Source of the DNA: Fibrobacterota bacterium
GTDB lineage: Bacteria > Fibrobacterota > Fibrobacteria > UBA11236
NCBI GenBank assembly: GCA_043753995.1
Contig: JAYUVP010000077.1
Coordinates: forward strand, 55 to 64,054
Direction: 5' to 3'
DNA length: 64,000 nt
Part shown: positions 25,939 to 36,909 of the stretch, one piece after another
Position numbering within the stretch: the first letter of the stretch is position 1
How the letters are laid out: each line of letters starts with the position of its first letter
Notes under the pieces: model-generated
The model's database searches: none
Seen by the model: the letters and a program-made list of their open reading frames with translations, nothing else
Told to the model about the DNA's origin: nothing
Made by a program: the position numbers and the translations under genes

Positions 25939-28900
25939 CAAGCCAACCAGGGTCGCCAGCTTACCCTGCCAGCCGGGTTTCGTCCCGGGACCGTTCCCTA
26001 CCGGTGACGTCTCAGGGCCGTGACCTGCATTCGGAGCCTTGCCGGCGAGATAGGTATACAGGGCCGGGATGATATAGAGGGTAAGCACCAAACTGAAAAG
26101 CAAGCCACCCACCACGGCCACGCCCATGGGAATGCGGCTTTGCGATCCCGCTCCCAAACCCAAAGCAATAGGCAAGGTGCCTAAGGCAGTGGTTAGGCTG
26201 GTCATCACAATGGGCCGAAAGCGCGAGGCCGATGCGGAAAGAATGGCCTCGCGCAAAGGCAGGCCTTGTTCACGTCGCTGATTGGCGAATTCGACAATGA
26301 GAATGCCGTTTTTCGTCACCAAGCCGATGAGCATGATGAGACCGATTTCACTAAAAATATTCAGTGTTTGGCCGGTGAGCCGAAGCGAAGCCAAGGCACC
26401 GAAAAGCGCCAAGGGTACGGTCAGCATGACCGTGAATGGATGCCGAAAGCTTTCGAACTGAGCGGCAAGGGTGAGGTAAACCATGATCAGAGCCATAAGA
26501 AAAGCAAAAAGCAAGCTGCTTTTGCTTTCGGCGAAATCACGCGAAGGACCGTTTAAAGCCGTGGTGAAGGACGGCCCTAAAACTTGGCCGCCGATGCGCT
26601 GCATGGCGGCTATGCCTTCGCCCATGGTCTTGCCGGGAGCCAAGCCTGCCGATACGGTCGCCGATACATAACGGTTGAAGCGATAACGCTGGGGCGGCCC
26701 GCTTTGCTCGTTCAGGCGAACCAAATTGGCAAGCGGCACCAAGTTACCGCTCTGGGTACGCACGGGAACCGCGAGCAAATCCGAAGGCTCATCGCGAAAT
26801 GGCGCATCCAATTGAGCCACTACATTGAATTGCCGGCTGTCCTTGATGAAATAATCGATGCGAGTTTCCCCATAGGCCGCCTGCAGGGACTGGGCTACAA
26901 CACCCACCGATGCCCCCAAGGATCGAGCCCGGTCGCGATCGACATTCACGCGCAATTGCGGACGGTTGAATTTGAGGTTTTCGTCGACCACGACAAAGGT
27001 GGGATCTTTACGCGCTTCCTCCAGGAATTTCGGTAATACGGACCGCAAGGATTCAAAGTCGGGCGCTTGAATCACAAGTTGTATGGGAAGACCGGCGCGC
27101 GTACCCACCTGAATGGTTTGATCCTGGCTGGCGAAGGCGCGCATGTCCGTCATGCCACGCAAGGCGCCCCCCAACAAATCGGCGATTTGCTGCTGACTGC
27201 GCTGGCGTTCCTCAGGATCGACCAGAATCAAACGCATGAAGGCGCCATTCGAACCGCCGCCGCCGACAAATCCAGGAGACGTGACGGAAAGAACATTCGC
27301 CTCCGGTACAATATTGGAAACCATATCCACTAACCGTACCACGGTGGCATCCATGGCGGCATAGGAGGTGCCTTCCGCCGTGGAAGCGGTGACATTGATA
27401 ATGCTTCGATCTTCTAGTGGGGCCAATTCACTCTTGATGGTGGTCATCAAGGCATAGGTGCCCACCATGGTCGCTACGAGTACAACCCAGGCGACGATGC
27501 GAATATTGAGAAAAGCCTGCAAGGACTTGCGATAACCGTTGATGAGTCCTTCGAAAAAAGGCTCGGTGCGATGATAAATCGAATTGACGCCGGGACGGCG
27601 TAAGAGCCGCGCGGATAGCATAGGCGTCAAAGTGAGTGAGACGAAGGCCGAGATCAAAACCGATCCCGCCAGCACGATGCCGAACTCACGAAAGAGCCGC
27701 CCGGTAAAGCCACCCAAAAACATGATAGGCAGGAAAATCACCACCAGAACCAAGGTCGTGGCCAAAACTGCGAAAAAAATCTCACGCGATCCGCGAAAGC
27801 CCGCTTGCATGGCCGGCTCGCCTTTTTCAACTCGAGCATAGATGGCCTCAAGCACCACGATGGCATCGTCCACGACAAGGCCAATGGCCAAAACCAAGGC
27901 CAAAAGGGTGAGCACATTGATGGTGAAGCCAGCCAAATACATGATGAAAAAACCACCGACCAAGGAAATGGGAATGGCCAAGGCGGGGATGATAGCGGTA
28001 CGCCAACTGCGCAAAAACAGGAATAAAACCAGCAAAACCAGAACAAAGGCGATGGCAATGGTTTCGCGCACTTCGAGTACCGACCTCTCAATGAAACGCG
28101 TATTGTCGAAAGCGATTTTGAGACGTATGTCCTCGGGAACCTCTTTCTTTAATTTCTCAAATCGCTGATAAAAATGATGGGCAATCTCCAGGGCATTGGC
28201 ATTGGGTTGGGTGATGAGGGCGAGACCCACCATGGGAATCCCATTCATGCGCAAAAGGGTACGCTCGTTTTCGGAACCAAGCACAACGCGACCAATATCG
28301 CTCACGCGCACGGCGCCTTCGGGTTTGGAACTGATGATGATATTGCCGAATTCTTCCGGAGTCGACAATTTTGCGGGAGCCACCACACTCAATTCGATTT
28401 GCGGTCCTTCCAGTCGCCCAGAAGGCAATTGCAAATTGTCCTGACGCAAGGCTTGGCGAACATCGTCCAGGGTAAGGCCCCGCGCTGATAGCTTGAAAGG
28501 ATCCAGTAATAATCTCATGGCATAGCGGCGCTCGCCCCAAATGCGCACTTCAGCTACGCCCGGAATGGTTTCCAGCTTTTCCTTGAGATGGGTGCCGACT
28601 TCATTCACTTCCAGCAAGGGCCGCTTGTCGCCTTGAACCGTCATCACCAAGATGGGAAAGGAATTGGCGTCGGCCTTGGCAACTGTCGGTGGATCCGCAT
28701 CCGCGGGCAAAGAGCGCAGCACACGGCTGACTCGATCGCGGACGTCATTGGCCGCTGCGTCGAGATCGGTGGCGATATCGAATTCCACCGTGATTTGACT
28801 ACGGCCCTCCTGACTGGTCGAACTCAAATTGCGAATGCCGTCTACGCCATTGATTGAGGCTTCGAGTGGCTCGGTGATTTGAGTTTCGATGACATCGGCA

Positions 28901-29130
28901 ACGGCACCGGCATAGGTGGTGGTGACCGTAATGGTGGGTGGATTGACGGCGGGAAATTCACGCACGCCCAAAAACCCGAAAGACACGGCACCAAGCACCA
29001 ATAAAAAAACGGACATGACCAGAGTGAGCACAGGCCGCCTTATGCACAAGGCACTCAAAGTGTTGCGCGAAGCTGCGTCTAGCTGGGCCTCTTTTTCAGG
29101 ATCCATCTGATTCAATGCGTCTTGCTGCAT
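25939..29130 (-). CDS. RND efflux permease (AcrB/HAE1-like)
   Basis: About 1060 aa with 12-TM RND architecture. No stop codon precedes the OMF-like region, so the boundary is inferred from typical RND length. Confidence 0.75.
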
Positions 29131-30224
29131 CAGTTCACCTGGGTCACGACAATGGAAGCATTGGGGCGCAGGGACATGGTCCCGGAAACGATGACGGTAT
29201 CCCCTGCGTTAACACCCGAAAGAATTTGCACGGCAACCGGAAGTCGGCCACCCAAGCGCACGGGACGAGGCACGGCCTTGCCGCCTTGGGCAAGAAAAAC
29301 CATGGCACCGGCTCCAGCCATGGAAATGGCGGAGGGTGGGACCACCAAGGCCGAATCCCCGTCCCCGCCTCCCAAAATGACTTCGCTAACGGCGCCAGGA
29401 ATCAAATTCATGCCTTGCTTCGGGGTTTTAACATAGGCGCGAACCACCAAGGCCCGTGTGCTTTCGTCTAGCCTGGGTTCCATGGCATAGATTTCGGCCG
29501 ACAGGGTATCGGTTCTTCCTGTCGCTAAAAAGTGGACGGGAAGCCCTTGCCGCACTCGCCAAGACTCCTGTTCGGGCACGGAAAATTCCAGCTTCATGCG
29601 AGACAGGTCTTGAATGGTGGTGATGCGCGTGCCGGGCTGAACAAAGGCACCGCGATACAGAGGTAACAGGCCAGCTACCCCAGGAAAGGGAGATTTGATT
29701 TGGGTTTTGGCCAATTGAGCTTTCAGCAAGGCGGCGTCGGCCTCAGCTTGGCTTTTTTCTGCGGAGGCTTGGTCAAAATCCTTAGCGCTGGCTGCGCCCG
29801 CGTCCAATTGCTGCTTGATACGCGCCTCTTGGGTGATGGCCAGCTTCAGGCGAGCTTGCGCCCTTTGGAAGTTCGCGCGCACTTCAGCATCGTCTATTTG
29901 AACCAGGACTTGCCCGGCGCGCACGGCCTTGCCTTCGGAAAAATCAATGCGCTCCACCCGTCCGGAAATTTCACTGCGTACTTCGACTTCTTGATTCGCA
30001 AGCAAGGTGCCATTCACCGAAAGCGGTGCCGAAAAAACTTGGCTACGCAAAACCAAGCCCGTCACCTTGGTCGGAGGCGCACCCGCTGGGCCACCGGGTT
30101 TCGCAGCAGGGGCGCCGGCAGGCGATCCACCCACGGCAGGACTCTCCGATTTTTTTTGGCAGGCATTCAGTCCAACCAGAAAAAGGCAGGACAAAATCAG
30201 GATTCGGTATTTGAATTTGGACAT
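29130..30224 (-). CDS. RND efflux periplasmic adaptor (membrane fusion protein)
   Basis: 364 aa. Lipoprotein signal (LVGLNAC). HlyD/biotinyl-like and beta-barrel regions. Overlaps the RND start (TGATG). Confidence 0.75.
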   Translation of the reverse strand: MSKFKYRILILSCLFLVGLNACQKKSESPAVGGSPAGAPAAKPGGPAGAPPTKVTGLVLRSQVFSAPLSVNGTLLANQEVEVRSEISGRVERIDFSEGKAVRAGQVLVQIDDAEVRANFQRAQARLKLAITQEARIKQQLDAGAASAKDFDQASAEKSQAEADAALLKAQLAKTQIKSPFPGVAGLLPLYRGAFVQPGTRITTIQDLSRMKLEFSVPEQESWRVRQGLPVHFLATGRTDTLSAEIYAMEPRLDESTRALVVRAYVKTPKQGMNLIPGAVSEVILGGGDGDSALVVPPSAISMAGAGAMVFLAQGGKAVPRPVRLGGRLPVAVQILSGVNAGDTVIVSGTMSLRPNASIVVTQVN

Positions 30225-30337
30225 ATAGGAAAGCTATTAAAGCCCCTTGTCCCATTCGACTCGCAAACCGGTTTTTGGTAGGTTAATCGGCCTAGACCCG
30301 CATTTGTAAATATTCAGACATTGGAGTTTGTCCTACC

Positions 30338-30718
30338 ATGAAATGTCACTTTAATTTCACTACCCAAAAATGTCGTTTATTTGTTTGCTTCATTTGCCTT
30401 GGCATGGCTTTTCTTGTAGGCTGCACCGAAGAGGCCGTGGATGATTCCACCTTGGCTTTATCGACTTTGCCCACCACTTTGAAAGTCGGCGACACAAGCC
30501 AATCCGCGACTTGCTCCAAATCCTCCCGGGATGCTGCGGGCCGCATGAAAACCACTGAGAATTATTTGCAATTCACTCTGGTCAGCGAAGACACGACCGT
30601 GCTGAAACCCGTCGCGGGTCGGCGATTGGTTGCCCTCAAATCCGGAACAACCAAGGTTCACGCCAAGGACGTGAACCGAAGCCTGAGCAGCGATGCGCAA
30701 ACCGTCAAGGTGGAATAG
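30338..30718 (+). CDS. small lipoprotein with Ig-like (Big_2-like) domain
   Basis: 126 aa. Lipobox LVGC. Confidence 0.4.
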   Translation: MKCHFNFTTQKCRLFVCFICLGMAFLVGCTEEAVDDSTLALSTLPTTLKVGDTSQSATCSKSSRDAAGRMKTTENYLQFTLVSEDTTVLKPVAGRRLVALKSGTTKVHAKDVNRSLSSDAQTVKVE

Positions 30719-30759
30719 AACCTTTTCTGATTTTCCTCAGGCTGGCAAAACCCGAACTC

Positions 30760-31854
30760 TTAGCCAGGCAAAGGTGGAGGAATATGGGTGAGTAAGGCCC
30801 CGAGTTCCGAAACGGTCTCGGCCTTGATCCATTCGGCGGTCCCAGGCTTCCAAACCAAGGTCTGGCGCTGAAGCTGGCCCTGGGCTAGCAATTGTCGCAA
30901 GCCAGCCTCATCGAATGGCCCTTGTGGTTTCCCCGCGACTGCGACATGATAGCACAGTCCAGGTAACGGAGGCGGGACGTGACTCATGGGAGACGTTCCT
31001 CCGGTGATTCCCTGGGCGACTTGTTGTCCCAAGGCCAAGCCAGCGCCTGCTCCGGCGAAAGTCCCTGCCAATCCACCGGGCTGGGCCAAAGCCTCGCCTG
31101 CTTTATCCGCGACATTGAATTGCAAATAGGCCGTGGTATTTCCGATGACGCCCATACCCGTTCGTTTGTCGATGAGGCGTTCAACTTCGGGTGGTAGCGA
31201 AATGTTCTCCACCACCAATTGCTGGCATTCCAAACCGAATTGCGAGAATTTAGGAGCCAGAACCCCGCGCACTTGCTCGCCGATTTCCAGGTATTTGGCG
31301 GCCAAATCGAAAGCTTGGATTTTGGCTTCTCCCAAGGCATCGGAAAGCGCGCTGACCACCAGGCCTTTCACCTGGGGGTCCAGATCCTCGCCATGCACCA
31401 CTTCCTTGGTGCCGACAAAGGTCTGGTAAAAGGTTTTGGCATCGGCGACTCGCCAGGACAGCATGCCGAAGGCGCGGATGCGCACCACGCCCAATTCCGC
31501 GTCTCGCAGCATCACAGGATTGCTAGTGCCCCATTTGCGGTTAGCGTGAACCACGCCATTGATGAAATAAACTTCAGCCTTGAAGGGCGAGTCGAACAGA
31601 TATTTCCAACCCTTGAGAGTGGAAAGGACAGGCAAGTTCTGGGTCGAAAGGGTATAGGTCCCGGGACCGAAGACATCCGCAATCTGGCCCTCGTTCACAA
31701 AAACCGCGCTTTGTCCCTCACGCACAATGAGCTTCGCACCCATTTTGATTTCATTGTCATGCCTAGCAAAGCGATGCGATAGCGTATCCCCTTGATCGAA
31801 GGTCCATTCGATGATGTCAATGAATTCGCCTTTAACGCTTTTCCACAAATCCAT
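30760..31854 (-). CDS. SPFH/Band-7 family protein (Band_7_1 type) with C-terminal DUF4339/GYF-like domain
   Basis: Probable start MDLWKSVKGEFIDIIEW (typical Band_7_1 N-terminus). C-terminal GPFDEAGLRQLLAQGQL..TLVWKPGTAEW motif. Confidence 0.6.
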   Translation of the reverse strand: MDLWKSVKGEFIDIIEWTFDQGDTLSHRFARHDNEIKMGAKLIVREGQSAVFVNEGQIADVFGPGTYTLSTQNLPVLSTLKGWKYLFDSPFKAEVYFINGVVHANRKWGTSNPVMLRDAELGVVRIRAFGMLSWRVADAKTFYQTFVGTKEVVHGEDLDPQVKGLVVSALSDALGEAKIQAFDLAAKYLEIGEQVRGVLAPKFSQFGLECQQLVVENISLPPEVERLIDKRTGMGVIGNTTAYLQFNVADKAGEALAQPGGLAGTFAGAGAGLALGQQVAQGITGGTSPMSHVPPPLPGLCYHVAVAGKPQGPFDEAGLRQLLAQGQLQRQTLVWKPGTAEWIKAETVSELGALLTHIPPPLPG

Positions 31855-31865
31855 GGCTATTCCTT

Positions 31866-33344
31866 TCAAGTCACGTGATCCAGCACCCAATGCAGGGCGG
31901 GATTATTCAGGGTTTCTCCGCAATATTGGCAACGAGCCTGTTCGGAACCGCCTACCGGGGCGCCGCATTGAGGGCAATTCAAAGAATTCAAAGGACTGCT
32001 CATGCCGGTGCCGACGCTTTTGGTAAAATGCAAATCCAAGTCTTGGGGCTGTAAATCCGGTAGCATGGTATTGCGACCCGATACAAAACGCACACGTATG
32101 CCTGCACGAATGAAGCCATCCTCCACGACCACGGACTGCATTTCAACTTTGCCAACCGCGAGACGCTGTAGTGACCGGGGAATCCAGGTTGCCGTGCCTT
32201 GTTGTAGCGCAGCAACCAGGGACTCGGTGGCATAAGGCCGTAAAAGTCCTGGCCGGTTTTGCAATAATGCTTGGATTAAGCGCACAAAAACCGTGGCGGC
32301 GCGATCTTCCAACTCTTGAGCGGAAAGGGGATCGCCTTGGGTTTGCGATTCGACCAAGGCCGCATCCCACGTTTGCGATGGTTCACGCCATTCATCGCTT
32401 TGGGTGATTTCGGCCAATACCCAATCGTAGGCACCGGAATTGAGCATGGATCCGCATTGATGGCATTTTACCCCTTGGCTCTCCCGCAAAGAAGCGCCGC
32501 AATGGAGACATTGCTCACCATATTCCGAAGATTCCGAATTCCCCCCTGTGGGTCGTATTTTGCGCGTGAAAGACCATACCTCAGAAAATTGCGAGGGCTC
32601 GGGCCAATGCTCCGGGGCAGCGTCGTTGGCCCGGGTTTCCATATCGCGAAGAGAAGCGTCGATGCGAATATTCACGGATTCATAAGCGCCAGCGCTTCGT
32701 TCACTAAGAACTTGGGCATTGTGGAGTTTGGGATCCCTCACCCAATTGCGTCGGTTTTCTCGGTGCATCAAATCCAACTGTATTTCCCAACGGGAATGAA
32801 CCCCATCGGAAACCAAGTGATGCACGCGTTCTAAATCGCGCACCGACCAAGCCATTTGTATATCGACGAAAATTTTTGGCAAGGCCCGCAATAATCTTTG
32901 GGTGGCTGGAGAAAGGGCCGCGGGCTTGACTTTGATTTCCTTTTCCCGAAAAATCGACTTGCCGGACATTGTCGAATTTAGGGCCGCCCAATTCACTTCT
33001 GAGTACCGCTTAGCTCCCCGCCGTCGTTGGATGCGAACGAAGATTATCCAAACGAATAGAAGCACCAGGGCAAATACAACCAAGGTCAGAACCGAACCGC
33101 CTCCGCCTCCACGATCGGCATAAGGAGAGGGGCCATAATCCCGGTGAGAAGGAGTGGAAAATTGAAAGCCATCACTGGATCCGGAGGATGAGCTGGAGCC
33201 ACCGCTGTGATAGCCATCCCCCCCACCAGCGCGCGCCCAAAGGGTGATTGCCGAAAGACCCAAAATAGCGGACGTAGCTTGCGCACCCCTCCCGATATTC
33301 CGGGCATTTGGATTCGATAATTCAGGCGGATGTCGGCGGGTCAT
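31866..33344 (-). CDS. membrane protein with Gly/Ser-rich N-terminal region, one TM, two CxxC..CxxC zinc ribbons and Tim44-like domains
   Basis: CLHCGAS..CHQCGS and CPQCGAP..CQYCGET ribbons. TM helix VLTLVVFALVLLFVWIIFV. Immediately upstream of the SPFH gene. Confidence 0.5.
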   Translation of the reverse strand: MTRRHPPELSNPNARNIGRGAQATSAILGLSAITLWARAGGGDGYHSGGSSSSSGSSDGFQFSTPSHRDYGPSPYADRGGGGGSVLTLVVFALVLLFVWIIFVRIQRRRGAKRYSEVNWAALNSTMSGKSIFREKEIKVKPAALSPATQRLLRALPKIFVDIQMAWSVRDLERVHHLVSDGVHSRWEIQLDLMHRENRRNWVRDPKLHNAQVLSERSAGAYESVNIRIDASLRDMETRANDAAPEHWPEPSQFSEVWSFTRKIRPTGGNSESSEYGEQCLHCGASLRESQGVKCHQCGSMLNSGAYDWVLAEITQSDEWREPSQTWDAALVESQTQGDPLSAQELEDRAATVFVRLIQALLQNRPGLLRPYATESLVAALQQGTATWIPRSLQRLAVGKVEMQSVVVEDGFIRAGIRVRFVSGRNTMLPDLQPQDLDLHFTKSVGTGMSSPLNSLNCPQCGAPVGGSEQARCQYCGETLNNPALHWVLDHVT

Positions 33345-33526
33345 GCAATCCTCTTTTTAGTCCTAGAAAATACAATGCGAGACAGCCAGTCATTTCCACC
33401 CTCACCCTGCCGGCTGAAAGCCAAACCCTGCCGTTACAATTCGTTACCCCCCTGGAAGGGTCTATTCACATGTCCAAGGTATTCTCATAGGCGTTGAATC
33501 CATATCCGTCTCGAAAGGACAATAGC

Positions 33527-33979
33527 ATGTTCAAATTCCGCCTACGCCGCGCCTTACCCCTCTTTTTCGCCGTTTCCGTTGCTTCGCTTCTGATGGCTTG
33601 CCACCGTCATCATCCCTCCTGGAAGGAGGCCTGCGCCGACACTTCGTCCAAGGCGGAAAAGGCCGCCAAGCATTTCACCCGCAAACTCGATTTAACCTCC
33701 GCCCAAGCCGAAGAAGTGAAAAAGATTTTCCATTCCATCCTAGCCGATGCCTGCCAAAGTGCGCCGGAAAGAAAAGCCCTAGGTCATGCCTTGATCGCTG
33801 ATTTGCGAAGTAACCAAGCCGATAGCGCTGGCCTCGCACTCAAACTCAATGATATGCAGGCCCAATTCGAAACCATGAAATCTTCCTTGCTCTCCGGTTA
33901 TGCCAAGCTTCATTCTGTCTTGACCATCGAGCAAAGGCAAAAATTGGCGGAAGCCTTGGAGAAGAGAATGGCCGAATAA
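33527..33979 (+). CDS. CpxP/Spy-family periplasmic stress protein (LTxxQ motifs)
   Basis: Signal peptide. LDLTSAQAEEV and LTIEQRQKLAEAL motifs. Confidence 0.55.
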   Translation: MFKFRLRRALPLFFAVSVASLLMACHRHHPSWKEACADTSSKAEKAAKHFTRKLDLTSAQAEEVKKIFHSILADACQSAPERKALGHALIADLRSNQADSAGLALKLNDMQAQFETMKSSLLSGYAKLHSVLTIEQRQKLAEALEKRMAE

Positions 33980-34029
33980 GTTGCCAAGGGGTCGCCAGCG
34001 CCTTTTCGCTTTTTACTCTTGAAACTACG

Positions 34030-34716
34030 ATGAAAGCCAAAATTCTTGTCATTGACGATGACCGCAAGCTCACCCGCTTGCTGGGGGAATATCTTGCGCG
34101 ATTCGAATGGCAGGTTTTGGCTGCCCATCATCCCGATGAAGGCTTGCGGCTTTTGCGCCAGCAAAATCCGGACGCCGTGGTTTTGGATGTGATGCTTCCC
34201 GACCGTGATGGCTTTGAGACCTGCCGCATGCTGAGGTCCGAATCCAATGTGCCCATACTCATGCTGACGGCGCGAGGCGAAGTGCATGATCGCATTTTGG
34301 GCCTGACCTTGGGAGCCGATGATTATTTGCCCAAGCCCTTTGAGCCACGAGAATTGGCCGCCCGTCTGCAAGCCCTGCTACGACGTCGCTCAACACCCGC
34401 GGGCGAAAATATCCTGCGATTCGGCCCTCTCCAAATAGACAACCATGCCCGTTGCGTTCGATTGGAGGATCAAGAAATACCCCTGACAACAGCCGAATTC
34501 GATATGCTTTGGGTGCTGGCTCAAAAGCCGGGCATGGTACAGGATCGCGATCGACTCTTTGATCGGCTGGCCGGAGGCGAACCCGATATTGACAGCCGTT
34601 CCATCGATGTCTTGGTGTCGCGCTTAAGGCAAAAATTGCGCGACGATCCCCGCGAACCCCATTGGATTCGAACCGTGCGAGGGATAGGCTATCTCTTTTT
34701 GGGTAAGCCGGGATGA
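34030..34716 (+). CDS. OmpR-family response regulator
   Basis: REC domain (VIDDD..D) plus winged-helix C-terminus. Confidence 0.85.
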   Translation: MKAKILVIDDDRKLTRLLGEYLARFEWQVLAAHHPDEGLRLLRQQNPDAVVLDVMLPDRDGFETCRMLRSESNVPILMLTARGEVHDRILGLTLGADDYLPKPFEPRELAARLQALLRRRSTPAGENILRFGPLQIDNHARCVRLEDQEIPLTTAEFDMLWVLAQKPGMVQDRDRLFDRLAGGEPDIDSRSIDVLVSRLRQKLRDDPREPHWIRTVRGIGYLFLGKPG

Positions 34717-36026
34717 AACAGAAATACAATCAAGGGCGTCGCCACTCCCTCTTTTTAAAATTGATAGGCGTAGCGATTTTAACATTAATTGCCGTCGATT
34801 TAGCCGTCGTTGGTTTTTGGCGTCATGCTTTTGGCGATCGCTTTCATGGACGGGCAGAAAAACATTTTTCGCAATATGCCGAATTGCTTTTGAGTAAAAT
34901 GGCTGAGGCAAAGGACACCTTGGAAGTTGCGGCCCTGGTAAGAAAATTGGATTTAGATGCCTCGGTACGAACGAGCCGGTTCAATTGGATTTCACCCGAC
35001 TTCACCCGGCAATGGACTCACCTTGCCGCCACGGGAAGTGATACCGTGGTACAGGATCGGATTCACTTGCGGTGGGCCAAGGGCCAGTTGGCTGCGGAGC
35101 TCCTGAATGGCGCCGATACTGTGGCTGTCATTGCTTCCATGCGACCTTTCGAATCGGCGGGAAAACCCCTGATCGCTTTGGCCTTGGCGCTTGGCGTCAT
35201 TCTCTTTGCGAATTGGTTCGGCCTCCGGCATATTCTACGCCCTGTGCGCGAACTCGAACGGGGAGTTCAAGCCATAGAGCAGGGGGACCTAAAGTATCGT
35301 CTTCCCGAAAAGGGAAAGGATGAATTGGCGCGCCTGGCCAAATCTTTCAATGCCATGACGGCCAGCGTCGATCAAAGACTGCAAGCGCGCGAGCAACTAT
35401 TGCGCGATGTTAGCCACGAATTGCGTTCGCCCCTGACGCGGCTGCGTCTAGCTGCGGAAATGCTTGCTTCCGGGAATTTGCGCGAAGATTTGCTCGAAGA
35501 CATCCACGTTTTGGAAAAAATGGTGCAAGAAATACTCGAAAGCGAAAGGCTCACTAGTTCCGCCGGCGCCTTGAAGCGCACACCTGTGGATTTTATTGCC
35601 TTATTGCGTGAGGAAATCGCCTCCCAATCTGGCCGTTTGCCGGGCATTCGGGAAAGCATTGATTTTTCCGAAGTCATTTGGAACGTCGACGCAGAACGCA
35701 TGCGCATTGTCCTACGAAATTTGCTCGACAATGCTTTGAAATACAGTCCCGCGGACGGCCAACCCGTGGATATTAGCCTGCAAGAAAAGGTTTCGACTTG
35801 GCTGCTTCGAATTCAGGATTATGGCAGCGGCATACCCGCCTCCGCCTTGCCCCATCTCTTCGAGCCTTTTTATCGCGTCGATAGCGCCAGGTCGGCCGGT
35901 AGCGGTTTCGGTTTAGGCCTTGCTTTGGTGAAACGAATTTGCGACGCCCACAGCATATCTATCCACGTCGATAGCCAAGTCGGGCAAGGCAGCTCCTTTC
36001 AATTAGAATTCCATAAACCTGGTTAG
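34713..36026 (+). CDS. sensor histidine kinase (HAMP-HisKA-HATPase)
   Basis: H-box LRDVSHELRSPLT, N-box/G-boxes. Two TM segments. 4-nt overlap with the regulator gene. Confidence 0.8.
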   Translation: MKQKYNQGRRHSLFLKLIGVAILTLIAVDLAVVGFWRHAFGDRFHGRAEKHFSQYAELLLSKMAEAKDTLEVAALVRKLDLDASVRTSRFNWISPDFTRQWTHLAATGSDTVVQDRIHLRWAKGQLAAELLNGADTVAVIASMRPFESAGKPLIALALALGVILFANWFGLRHILRPVRELERGVQAIEQGDLKYRLPEKGKDELARLAKSFNAMTASVDQRLQAREQLLRDVSHELRSPLTRLRLAAEMLASGNLREDLLEDIHVLEKMVQEILESERLTSSAGALKRTPVDFIALLREEIASQSGRLPGIRESIDFSEVIWNVDAERMRIVLRNLLDNALKYSPADGQPVDISLQEKVSTWLLRIQDYGSGIPASALPHLFEPFYRVDSARSAGSGFGLGLALVKRICDAHSISIHVDSQVGQGSSFQLEFHKPG

Positions 36027-36074
36027 CACTATTACCGCTGCTGGGAGACTCTTTTCAATCCCAGTTTTCCAAGG

Positions 36075-36728
36075 ATGCCTATGTCGCTCATTGACGCTTT
36101 ATCGACCTATCGCCTTTTACCTGCCCTCATACTCGACGATGTCGGGATGGCCAAGGATGTGGCGGGGGCGCTGAAGGCAGGCGACTTGCCTGTCTTGGAG
36201 GTCACCTTGCGGACCCCCAATGCATTACGTGTCTTGGCGGAATTGGCCCATGATTCCACGCTATGGCTTGGAGCAGGTACCGTTTTGAATATCGATCAAG
36301 CGAAGGCCGCTCGCGATGTTGGCGCGCGCTATTTGGTTTCCCCAGGCATGAACATGGAAGTTGCGGAATTCGCTCAGGCCGAGGACTTACCCTATATCCC
36401 TGGTGCCGTCACCGCCACGGAAATGATGTTAGCCATGGACTTGGGTTGTCCCGTCATTAAATTTTTTCCAGCCGAAGCCATGGGAGGCCTTAAAACCCTG
36501 CAAGCCTTGACTAGTCCTTTACCTGGTCTAGGTTTCATTCCTACCGGTGGAATCAATGCCGCCAATCTCACTACTTATTTGTCTTTTAATAAAGTGCTTG
36601 CCGTTGGGGGCAGTTGGATGGTAGCACCACACCTTTTAAAGGCACGTAATTTCGCGGAAATCACTCGGCTTTCAAAAGAAGCTCGGGCCCTCGCCAATAC
36701 CTCGCCGAAGGCCGATTTGCCCAATTAG
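36075..36728 (+). CDS. eda: KDPG/KHG aldolase
   Basis: GAGTVLN and FPAEAMGG..IPTGGI motifs of the Eda family. Confidence 0.75.
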   Translation: MPMSLIDALSTYRLLPALILDDVGMAKDVAGALKAGDLPVLEVTLRTPNALRVLAELAHDSTLWLGAGTVLNIDQAKAARDVGARYLVSPGMNMEVAEFAQAEDLPYIPGAVTATEMMLAMDLGCPVIKFFPAEAMGGLKTLQALTSPLPGLGFIPTGGINAANLTTYLSFNKVLAVGGSWMVAPHLLKARNFAEITRLSKEARALANTSPKADLPN

Positions 36729-36909
36729 GATCACGCTTATACCACCTTCCGGGCTATTTGCAAAGAGGAGATTTTTGCGCTTTCTTTGCAAAATTGTCCC
36801 GCCTGAGGCATTTCCGAATAAAGCGCGGGAGAAAGCCCCCCAAAAGGGGTAATTATCCCGTTGCGGGCAAATCAGATTCCCGTATCTTAGCATGTGACTG
36901 GGAGTCATC

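Noticed and set aside
26266-27333. Several plus-strand ORFs (96-150 aa) opposite the RND permease
   Set aside because: All lie antisense within the large efflux gene. Compositionally biased.
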